From assembly GCA_034780895.1 (NCBI GenBank), contig JAUZTB010000107.1, positions 62,397,342-62,461,341 on the forward strand: a DNA stretch of 64,000 bases, given 5' to 3'. This DNA comes from Rhynchobatus australiae. Lineage: Eukaryota. Position numbers and translations under genes: made by a program. This document shows, one piece after another, positions 12,891 through 23,796 of the stretch. Below the pieces are notes generated by a model, which worked only from the letters and a program-made list of their open reading frames with translations, had not been told where the DNA came from and ran no database searches. Every line of letters starts with the position of its first letter. The first letter of the stretch is position 1.

Positions 12891-14720
12891 AACTTCTGTC
12901 TGCAGCTTGTGTAGCTTTCACTTCCCCCAATGGAGCCACTCCTTGCAGTTTGCACCCTTCATATAATTTCTTAACACATGCTGCCCTCAGCACTTGTTTA
13001 GTCTCTACATTGCACCTTAACCTTGTTGAAGCAGTTCCTGAGATCTGCAATGATGTTCCTGTAGCAAAATGAAAGTGTGTTTATAATATATATATATATA
13101 TTGCAAGATTATAATTAACTTATTTCAGAAATGCTAAGAATAAAAAATATTGTGTTTCTCTAATTCTAATTTTATAACTTCTAAAATTATTGTTGATTGT
13201 ATGAAAGAATGAAGTATTTGAGCGGGTGTAATGCAGTTTCCTTTTGAGCCTGATTTTTAAATTCCGCTTGAGATATTAGAGTGAAGATTCTTGCATATCC
13301 TTCTTGAAGTGCTCCTTTTGCTGTGCAGATAAAGCTGTTAATTATTACATAAGTTTAAGATAGATGTGTGCCTACTGCGCAAAATGTGAATTGGGCCCAT
13401 TCCAGCTGCTGCTGAGACAGGTGAACATTGATGCTTTGGATTAAAATGCAGTTTCAAGCTACATTACCAGATTGTTTAGTAGTTAGTTAATAAGGCTCCT
13501 CTATTTTTACTCTGAAGTATTGAAAAGTTACTGCCACAGTCACAAAATGGGTTTTCGTGATTCATTTATTTGAGTCAGGAATGTTTGAATATCTACATGC
13601 CTTTTGAATGGGTAAGGTCCCAGATCAATTTGTTTGCTTGCTTCCATTTAATCTTCCTGTAGCTTTGACCCTTTGTCACTCTGTGAATAGCGAGTTCACA
13701 GATGTCCATTGCCTATAAGCTTTAAATGATTGATTCACCAGATGTGATGTAATGTCTTGGAGACTGAAATTCTGCCGTTTCACTTTTCACGAAGTACCAG
13801 TTTGTTTCCAATTTTTAATTTATTGCTTTGCTTATAGAATCTCCATATATATTCTGACAATCTTTCTCTCTTGTCACTTGGAACCAACTCTTGGCTCCTT
13901 TTTTCGCAATGCTGTCTATAGCACCATCATCAAATATACATGCCTTTATCTGATGCTTCAACCTGACAGAGTGATTTGTGCTCAACTTATCCTTGAGGGT
14001 GCAGAAGCAGTAAATACAGAAGTGAACTTAGCAGGAATCAATGGGCTGACAATGAAATTGAAAGATTAGTTTGGTCCAGAGAGAGAACGTGTGAATACTT
14101 AATCTAGGTGGTGAGGTATTGATTTTGTATGTGTTTGAGTTTTTAAGAAAACTTACTTTGAAATGAAGGACCCATTTAAGTTGTTTTACTACTGTAAATA
14201 GTCTCATTGGCTGTGGAAAAACTTATCAATTACCGACAATGTACTTTTAATTATCAAGTTGGTAACTTCCAATTTTTTTTTACTTTGAAGTATTTAATTG
14301 CAGTCCCATCTGCTCTATATGCAGTTCCAGTTCATCTCTGGAGACTGACAATACCCATCCATGCCTAATATTTTCCACATGAGCTATGAAATATTAATCT
14401 TCATCTAGCCCTTGAGAGAGAAAAGCAGAGATCATTGAGGTACAGAAGACACCTGTATATGGCCTACTAGAGTACTGTTGCAAAAAGTGCTTGAACGAGG
14501 CATGCACAAAGAAAAACTTTTAATTGAAAGAGGAGAGGTGAAAATTGCTTTCAATTCATCTTGCACTTGTATTGACAACTTTAAATTGCTTCTGGATAAT
14601 TTGTTGTGCCTTTGGTTTTAACCTCTCTGTCAAAATCAAAGTTTTAGTGTAAAATGTTACAATAAACTTTTTTTGTCCAAAGTAGCCCACAAATTCCAAT
14701 TAATCAATAAACCAGTAAAA
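12891..14720 (+). other. PLEKHB2: Probable PLEKHB2 3' UTR
   Basis: AT-rich sequence with no recognisable repeat, running from the stop codon to paired AATAAA signals. Confidence 0.55.
14661..14711 (+). terminator. Candidate polyadenylation signals, AATAAA at 14661-14666 and 14706-14711
   Basis: Two canonical hexamers, the first followed by CTTTTTTTGT. A proximal AATAAA also lies at 13139-13144. Confidence 0.5.
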
Positions 14721-16496
14721 TTGTAGCTGCAGTTTCAATTTCAGCACCACCAGCTGTTACTGCGCATTATCCTCTTTAGGCATACTGATTTCACAAATCC
14801 CTGGCAAGTTGGAGACTCCATATGTGGCCTTGTGCCTGCACTTGTCTTCACAGCGTACTTGAGGAAGATGGAGAGTCAAAGCTAACTATTGATCCAACTC
14901 ATTCTCTCTTCATTGACAGGAAGGTGGGTGTTGTATAGTCATTAATCTTTGTGCATTCTGATAGTTTTGTGTAAGGTTTCCTGTAGTTTTGGTTGAACTA
15001 TGTGGATGGGTCTTCAAGTCCAAATGGCAGGCTTATATAGGGAATCTGTGTCTAGCCCGAAGCACAGAACTTGGCAATTTCTTTATCTTAACATAGAAAG
15101 GGGTTTCAAATTGCTCTCAATGAGGTTAGCATTTTTACTCAGTTTACCAGTATTGTAACCAAGCAGGCATGTCACCTTTTCCTGAAGGAAATCAAATATG
15201 GTCCCTATCAAGATAAATTTGTTCCCCTCAAAGCATCTGACTTCTTAGGATGTGAATAATGCAGAAATCACATTCTTTTTGTCACTTGAGTTAACCACCT
15301 GTTTTATCTCAAACTTGTCTTACCTTAAGCCATGCATTGACATCATCAGTGAGGAAAGATCCGAGTGAATATCCATACTCTTGGCTTCTGCTGTTGACTC
15401 ACAACCTACACAATGGTCATCCTTTGGTTCTCCCGAGTATGATGTGGATGGCAGGATGGGCACTATTATGGGTATATTGCCGGATAAAGGAAGGCAGTGC
15501 CACTGGGTTAGTGGGGTAAAGGGACGGAATGTCGCAGTTTGTTGCTCTTAAGGCAGAGCTCACACAATGTTGAATAGCTCAACATCTCACAACCCTTCCA
15601 GTCAGTTCTATAAACTAAAAGGCAGCAGCAAGGAGTGTTTTTAACAGTTCAGTTTAAGGTATCAATGAAAATATGACTCCAGTCCTCACACTACAATAAT
15701 TTCTCTTTTGTATAGTTCTCCAGTCTGCTCTGTATCATTCAGCAGATTAATAGTATTGTCAAGACCAAGCAGTTTTTTTGCCTTGTTAAAAATGATTCTT
15801 CGTAGCCTGTGAAGTATCAACTAATGGACATCTTTGGGGAGAAGGAAGTAAGTAACAAATCAAGAGAGGACAATCAAATCTGAAGCATTGAATTATTGGA
15901 GGTGAAGAGGTAGGTCAGATGCAAGAATGGAAAAAAAAGCACAAGATAGTGGGAGAATGAGGGGAGCTCTGGGAATCAGACTAGATTTTGGTTTTGATTG
16001 GCAACGCGATTGAGGTGACAGGCAGTTCGTTGAAAAATTGTGAATGAGCATTAAATGGTTTAACCTAGTAGCTACTTGTTAAGGTTTTTATTTTATGTTC
16101 GTCGTACAGATACTTGGCAAAGCATCTTGTCCTGTGAAATTACTATGTTGCTGTGCAGACTAAAATTATACTTTAATCATTGTTTGATCAGCTGCTAAAA
16201 ATGCTTTGAGAAATTGTTCAATTAATTGCAGTGGAGTAAATTATAAAATTTATTGCTCTATTACTGATAGTACTATATTTCTGTGCAATGTAAGTTTGTG
16301 TAATTAAATAAACAAATGTTATTGCCTTACAGTTGCCTTGTCTGATTTTAAGACTAACGATCTAGTTTTAATAACTTTGTGGTGTGAGGTTAACATAGTG
16401 GTAACTCCAGTGTCAATGTGAACACAACAGCCCAATTATTGCTAGACCAAACTTACTTATTTTGGAATGATGAGCACAGACCATTGACACTCTGAT

Positions 16497-16835
16497 GGGC
16501 AACATACTGGCACAGCTAATAGAGCTGCTGCCTCGCAACTCCAGCAACCTGCTTGATCTTGACCTCTGGTGGACTTTGTACATTCTCGCTATGACTGTGT
16601 GGGTTTCCTCTGAGTGCTCTTGTTTGCTCCCACATCCCCCAAAAAATGTGTGGTTTGGTGGGTTAATTGGCCACATATGTCCCTAGAGTACAAAAGGTTG
16701 GGAGAATCTGGGGGGAATTGATGGGAATGTTGGGAGAATAAAATGGATCAGGGTAGGATCGGTGTAAAATGGGTGGTCGATGGTCAGTGTGGGCTGAAGG
16801 TCCTGTTCCCATGCTATATCTCTCTGACTCCATGA
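16497..16835 (+). mobile_element. HE1/V-SINE-like SINE
   Basis: GGCACAGCTAATAGAGCTGCTGCCTC head, GTGGGTTTCCTCTGAGTGCTC core and CR1-like tail GGGCTGAAGGTCCTGTTCCCATGCTATATCTCTCTGACTC. Confidence 0.8.
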
Positions 16836-17820
16836 ATGGTAATGTAGTAGATGTAATTTGTGTGGGTTTTCAAATTTAGATTACACCACATATGGAGAAA
16901 TAAACAAGTAGCAGAATGAGTTGCCTGCTGGATTTGAGACAAAGCAGATTGGGAGTAAAAGGATCGGTGCTGGGACCACTGCTTGTTCGCTGCTCTTTAA
17001 TAACCTAGACAACATAATTTCTAAATTTGCATTTGATACAAACATTTTGTTGGGATAGTGATGAGAAGGACTACAGCAGAATATAGGAGGATGTTGTAGA
17101 ATGGACAAATATATCTGTGTATGTACTTCCTACCAAAATATAAGTGGTCAAGTCTAGGTGGAGTAGAGGGATCTGAGGACAAATGTACCGATCATTAAAT
17201 GGTGTCATAGGTTTACAAGACCTCTCTTCCCTTGTACATGGTCTTTCCTTTTTCAAATTCTAGGGGGAGAGAGAGAGAGAGGGTTGAAAGGTAGGAAGTT
17301 AGGCTAAGCCATAATCAGTATTTGGAATGCTAAGCACAGTTCTGGTCACCATATTATAGAAAGGATATAGAGGCACCAGAAAAAGGTACAGAATTTGTAA
17401 GGATATTTAAAATGTAAAGATTTCATATCAGGAAAGGATAAACATTTCTTCGGGAAAAGAAGGCTGAGGGGTAAAAATGATAATAGAGATTTTAAAAATG
17501 ATGATTTTGATGTGGTNNNNNNNNNNNNGGGTGTTTCTATTTGTCAAGAGTCTAAATGCCAGTTATAAGAGACACAAAGGAATCCAATTGGGAATTCAGG
17601 AGAATGTATTCTATTCCTTTCCCCCCACCCCCCAATGGTGAGAATGTGGAATGTGACTACCACTGGGAGTGGTTGTGGCTAATAATACAGTGAGGCTGGA
17701 CAAGCATATGAGGAGGGACAAGGACAATGCTGAGAATTTGATGAGCAAACATTGGAAGAGGCTCAAATGGAACATTGGTGCTGATGTGGACTGAATGCCC
17801 TGTTTTTTTTTACACCATAT
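16836..17820 (+). mobile_element. Decayed CR1 RT and 3' region
   Basis: Vestigial motifs GNVVDVICVGFQ, ISKFAFDT (for SKFADDT) and QFWSPYYRKDIEA. Confidence 0.65.
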
Positions 17821-19503
17821 AAGCTGTGATCAAGACTTGACCCTTCGTGAACCTCTTTCATTTCTTCCCTTTGAGACATGAACACTGAAGCTCCCTATAA
17901 TTTCACATCCACATCGTGGAACACATCAGGGATTGATGTAAAACTAATTTCCTAGATTATTCAGCTATATCCTTCAGTCATCAGAGATTTTGCCCAATTT
18001 CAAGTGGATTGCTAAAAGCAAACTATTCCCAAAGCAACATTGAACTACTGGAAAAGGTGATGGTACTAAAAGCATCTGAAAAGTCTTTAGTTTGAATTAT
18101 TTATTGTTTCTGCTATTATACAATTATAGCTTACATTTTTCATTACTCTGGCTTTCATTTCTCTGTGTTCTGTTTGTTTATTAAACTGTGGGTTTTTGTA
18201 TTGAATTTCAGTACTAACTCCAGACTTGGCCAAATGAACACATAGAAATTAGGTCTCCAAATAATTCTTTTCATGCTTAAATGAAATAGCTAGGCAGAGA
18301 AAAGGAGTGATTGCCTATTTAAAAATAGTAAAATGATCCTCTTCTATTATCAGTTGCATAGGTGACACAGTATTCAGTAGTTTGTTGACATCCAAAGGAC
18401 GTGTTTATTTAATTTGACTCATGGGGGTGTAAACACATTCAGATCCAAGCAAAACACTTCTCCCTAAGAGAACAGCAAAGCAACCCAACAAGCATCGTGT
18501 CTTTCCATGTTTATACTTTCCAACTGAGAAGCTCTGCTGTGGCCTGTGAACCTCAAAAGAAGAACTTGGAAGTTCCAATCTGATGATTTTTAAAGGTCAG
18601 ATTTTTTTTTTTGGAGGAGGGTGTTGTACAGCACTTTGCTAAACATTGCAGATATACTCTGAACCAGAAGTATCTCCTCTGAAACATTATTCCAACTCTA
18701 GTGATAAACTTTTGATGGCATCAGTCTTCCTAGAGTTGAACATGCCTTACAAGATTGTGATGTTCCATCTTATTTGGACATTACTGTAAAGTTAGAAATG
18801 ATTGATCGTTCCTTATATTCCTTTAATGTTTGGAGTTCAAATCAAACTGTCAGTAAGTGTTGCTTCTATCAGCTGGACACTAGTCATTTTAACTTGATTG
18901 AAGATGCACTTAGAGGCCAGGTTGAGCCTCACTGCATTGCCCTAGTCTAAACTGAGAATGATGCAATTCACTTAACAAAATGGCAGGTTTTTTTCCATTT
19001 TTCTTCACGATCCAATGCAGTTGTCACTTTTTCAAAAAAAAAGTGCAAGTGTGATTGAGTGGCAATACAGCAGTTAAACTGAAGCAGACAATTGGAGCTC
19101 AGCTGCTGACTTGGAGTATCAGCTCTGGTAATATTGCCCATTGATCTCTCTGCTTTCCTTCCCCATTCTTGGGGAGCACATTTCAAAGCAAATTCCATCT
19201 TTCAAAATGATAGACGTCCCTATTTGAAATGCTACGTGGTCAAGTTTTCCAACCATACTTGGAAAAGGCCATGTGTATATATTGGGATGTAAGCAGAGGA
19301 AAACAACAAAAGATTGGAGAAGCTTGAGGTAACATCTTAACAACCTTTGATTGTGGGTGTCAGTTTGCTTGTGAATTGTATGGATAAGGTGAACTCAACA
19401 TTTAAATTTGTGAAAATGATTTTGATAAATCCTTTATTCAAAGGGTGATATTATTTGACATGAAAGAAGAGTGGTGGTGCATGTATGGAGTCGTTTCTTT
19501 TTA

Positions 19504-19742
19504 ACTTGGCATAACAGCAATTTCCTTCTCCCCTGAAAGAAAGTCCTACCTTGTGCCAGGTTATAGTTGTACCATCTGCCTTCATTTCCTTCCTTCCACG
19601 GGACTGTACTTCATATGAATGCCAGCAGGCTTTCCTATTTGGATGAGTGGAGCATTACAACAAAATGTATCCTTTTCCCACATGTGTACCCTTTTCTAGC
19701 TGGTCACTGGATAATAATCTGAAAAGGGAACCTTTCCCTATG
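19504..19742. repeat. Copy 1 of a ~240-bp diverged direct repeat
   Basis: Aligns along its length with 20697-20934; shared blocks include ACTTGGCATAACAGCAATTTCC, GGGACTGTACTTCATA and CTGGATAATAATCTGA. Confidence 0.85.
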
Positions 19743-20696
19743 CTTGGGTTGGTGGTGGAGTTTGAAATGGCATTCAAATTGCATGAGCAGACCAGCCAGC
19801 CCCTCAAATCTGTTCCTCTATTCAATTTGATCTGTACTATGACTTCACATCTACTTTGTTAGGTATGTTTGTTAAGGGATGTGCAATCAAAAGTTTCAAA
19901 GACCTCAAATTTTAAATTCTTCTTGGGACTGTGGCGGGGGGGGGGGGGGGGAAAAAACAAGGAATNNNNNNNNNNNNNNNNNNNNNNNNNNNNNNNNNNN
20001 NNNNNNNNNNNNNNNNNNNNNNNNNNNCCTGGGTTGTTTGGGATAACCATGCCATGTATTAGCAGTTGAGCATTGTACTCAACGCATCAGTTAGACTGCA
20101 CCTAATCAATGCAAGTTGGCTTCATTAGTTAATTCTTTGAGCCTTCTGTCATTCTTGTACATCTGCACGACAATCCATCCAATGCCAAAATATCCTCCTT
20201 GAGGTTCCATGCCCAGAAATAAATGCAGTACAAGAAAAACTTGTGTTGATTGGCCAAATGCATTTTTATCATCTTTGGTTACAAGCGGATGTGACAGCAC
20301 CTGCACAGGGCACATTATGGAAGAGGTGTCAGAAAGAGTTGTCCTTAATTGAGTAATCAATCGCTGGAGTTTGTGCTGAAGCAGCTGGGCTCAGCTAATG
20401 AACTGAGATGCAATAATGGGAAATAGATATTTTAGAAAGATTAGATTTATGGGCTAAAGGACTACCTTTATCTGTTGTAGTAGAAAAGTACTATACTGCA
20501 AGACCAAATTTGCTCACAAACTGGAAAAAGTAACTGGGCAATGTTGGAATTTGGCCTTCAAAGGCAGACCCCTGCTGGAGGAAGAAAAACCGTTCAATGT
20601 TCAGCATTTGCAGTGAGAAGCCAGATGCATTATTAGTGTTGGAGGACTGGGACATTTCACAGAATGGTAATCAAACACCAGTTTGGTTTCTTATAG

Positions 20697-20934
20697 ACTT
20701 GGCATAACAGCAATTTCCTCTTCCCCTGCCAGAAGGTCCTGCCTAATGCCAGGGTATGGTTGTACCACCTACCATCCTTCACTTTCTTCCATGGGACTGT
20801 ACTTCATAGGAATGCCAGCAGTCTTTCCTATTTAAATGAGTGAAGCATCACAACAAAGTTCATCCTCTTCAATCACGGGTACCCTTTCTAGCTGGTTACT
20901 GGATAATAATCTGAGAAGGAAACCTTTTTCTATG
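20697..20934. repeat. Copy 2 of the ~240-bp diverged direct repeat
   Basis: Same orientation as 19504-19742, about 1.2 kb downstream. Confidence 0.85.
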
Positions 20935-21622
20935 GTCAGGCATGAAGGAGGCTTTACTAATGTCTGCTAGTTCCTGTTGATCAGCAAATGAACTGAGGAT
21001 CACCTTGTAATTCAGCCCTTCGATTGCTTAATCAACTGAGCCATTATTTTTGGAAGCAAGTCTGTTTCAATATAATATAAACTGTGTCTACTGTTTTCAT
21101 ATATCTAAGTTAAGGTCACTCAAGACAAAAGGAAATAGAGATTTCATCACAAATTTTCAGATCTAGTCAATCCAAATTTCTATTTTTAATTTCAATATGT
21201 TTGACCTAAAATTGTATAAAGATTATGAAAGTTCACCATAAGTCGTTGGATATTTTTTAAAAATTTGTTTCCTATCAAGAAAATGTGTGTAGGACTTANN
21301 NNNNNNNNNNNNNNNNNNNNNNNNNNNNNNNNNNNNNNNNNNNNNNNNNNNNNNNNNNNNNNNNNNNNNNNNNNNNNNNNNNNNNNNNNNNNNNNNNNNN
21401 NNNNNNNNNNNNNNNNNNNNNNNNNNNNNNNNNNNNNNNNNNNNNNNNNNNNNNNNNNNNNNNNNNNNNNNNNNNNNNNNNNNNNNNNNNNNNNNNNNNN
21501 NNNNNNNNNNNNNNNNNNNNNNNNNNNNNNNNNNNNNNNNNNNNNNNNNNNATAAAGTAATGTTGAATAGCAGTGATATTGTTTAATAGGGTCAATTTAT
21601 TTTATTCAAATGGAGTTGTATT

Positions 21623-22003
21623 TCAAAGTCAAAGTCTAGTTATCATCATTTGCATCAGTACAGTACAGTGCAATGAAAAACTTAATTGCATCAGCATCAC
21701 AGGCACATAGCATCATATAAGCAGCATTCACAAGAAAAACAAATACAAGTTTTACAGAAAAGAACACAAGTAGAACAAAAAATAATGAAGTTCATTTTAG
21801 TGCAAAGTGATCATAGCATTGCTAAATGTAGTGATTTGGATTGTGTCGGTTGTTTCAAGAACCGAATGGCCAAAGTGAAGTAGCTGTTCTTAAACCTGGT
21901 GGTGTGGTACTTCAAGTATCTGTACCTCCTGCCTGTTGTAGCTGTGAGAAGATGGCATAGCCTGGATGGTGGGAATCTTTGATGATGGATGTTGCCGCCT
22001 TAA
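21623..22003 (-). mobile_element. Rex1/Babar-type LINE 3' end
   Basis: TCAAAGTCAAAGTC tail and GCAGCATTCACAAGAAAAAC...TGTACCTCCTGCCTG shared with 59567-60218 and 62935-63550. Confidence 0.8.
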
Positions 22004-22242
22004 GAAGGAGACTTTGAGATCAACTTGTAATGGACAAAAAAATTAGGTATGTTACAGGCCTGTAATATTCTCAGACTTGAGCAGTGGCTTGAAAGGCATC
22101 ATTGCTAACTGTTTATACAATATCTGAGAAGTTACTAAGTTACTCTTTATCTCACATTCTTTGAGCATTTCTCATGGTTTATGCTGAAAGGATTTCTTTT
22201 TCAGGATGTAATTTAAGCATCTGGCAAATTTCTTCAAAGCAA

Positions 22243-22587
22243 GCAGCACAGTAGCACAACCAGTAAAACTGCTGTCTCATAGCTCCAGAGATCCAAATAA
22301 AATCCTGACCCAGTGCTGCTTGTCTGAAGTTCACACTTCCTTCCTGTTACTGCATGAGCTTCCCTGGGGGTCTTCTGATTTCCTCCCAGTCCTGAAAATG
22401 TGTGGGTTGATAGGTTAATTGATAATTGCTCCTAGTGTGGAGATGGGTGATAGTCTGGGAGGTGCTGATGAGAATGTAGTGAGAATAATCCTACATTAAT
22501 CCCATTTTTTTTAGTGAAAATGGGTGGTTGATGGTCAGTGTGGACTTGGTGCACAAAAGAGTCTGTTTCTAGTATCTCTCTCTGACT
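22243..22587 (+). mobile_element. HE1/V-SINE-like SINE
   Basis: GCAGCACAGTAGCACAACCAGTAAAACTGCTGTCTCATAGCTCCAGAGA head and CR1-type tail. Confidence 0.7.
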
Positions 22588-22606
22588 GAATGTCAGACAG
22601 ACTTTG

Positions 22607-22805
22607 AGTTAATCTGTTTCTGGTGGTGTTAGTTGAGGGTAAATGTACTTCAGGGCACTGGGAGAATCCTTAGATTTTCTTTAAGTGCTGTGGGATAGTT
22701 TGGGCCCCTGAACAAGTAGATAGCAGCTGATTTTACAGTCTTATCCAGAGCCAGTCCCTCTAGTGCAACTTTGAAGGGATGTTGCACTGAGGTGTCAGTC
22801 TTGTA
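22607..22805 (-). mobile_element. Deu-domain SINE remnant (SacSINE1/AmnSINE1 superfamily)
   Basis: The reverse complement reads GACTGACACCTCAGTGCAAC...TCCCACAGCACT...TTCTCCCAGTGCCCTG...TTTACCCTCAACTAACACCACCAGAAACAGATT, resembling the recalled Deu-domain consensus. Confidence 0.6.
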
Positions 22806-23796
22806 TGGAAACCAAAACCATAAAATGTCGTTTCAGTCCACAACCTTTTTGGGTGAGAATGAAATTACTTTTCAAGGGATGGTTGATGGTGAGATTGTGT
22901 ATTTTAATTATGTATATATTTTAAATGTTAATGATTTCCCTTTCCAATATAGGATTGGAAGCAGAATAGTGAGCCATCACACAGACAGTTAGAGAAGCAA
23001 TGGAGCTTCATAAAGCAATGCATAAATGCTACAGCTGAGAACATCACTGCATTCTTGAGTTCAAGTTCTGATGATGAACCATTATTTACTAATTGCAAAT
23101 GGAAAAGCTGCAGTCAATATTTGCATTGTAAATCAACGTTGAGGAACACTGGGTAGCTTTTATCCCTTTCGTTTAGTGCTGAAACATAATATTGCCTCAG
23201 TTTTGAGTATCTGGATGATGGAATTGCTATATCTTTTGTTCTGGTCTCCAATGGTATCAATCCCAGAAAATGCGCATTTTCTCGCACCAATTAGCAGGCA
23301 CAATGAAATGAGTTTTGATTTGTCTGGGTGTTCAGATGCAGGGTGAATTGTGTTCTAACTGCTTGGTTTATCTTACTTTCCCTGTGATACAACATTGATG
23401 TTGAACAATTTTATATTAAAATTGATGTGTCAAGTCAGTCAGTCTTTTCAATGACTGATATTGTAGAGTAATGGTGTTTTTGATGATGTCGGGCTGATCA
23501 AGAATTGTCATTAACATCAAAGTGGTGGACCAGATTTGCTCCGGAACATTTTATTTAGAAAGAAAAGTTCCATGTAAGAGTTGACAACGTGAAATAAAAG
23601 TGAAAGTATTGTTACTTTAGAAGAATAAGTAAGAATAAATAGCAAATGAAAGCACTAAAGTGAAGGCCACACAACAAAAGCCATTGATGCACAAAAGATG
23701 AACAGCAGCATACAAGTCTGCTTGTACATCACTGGTGTCAAGTCTGAATTATTATCATTTACTCCCAATACCGGGAAATGTGCAAGGGAGTCTGCT

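Noticed and set aside
12790-13050. Minus-strand 86-aa ORF
   Set aside because: Antisense shadow of the real PLEKHB2 last exon.
14555-14615. Possible miRNA seed matches (TTGCACT, GTGCCTT) in the 3' UTR
   Set aside because: Single 7-mers are expected by chance in 1.8 kb, and I cannot assess conservation.
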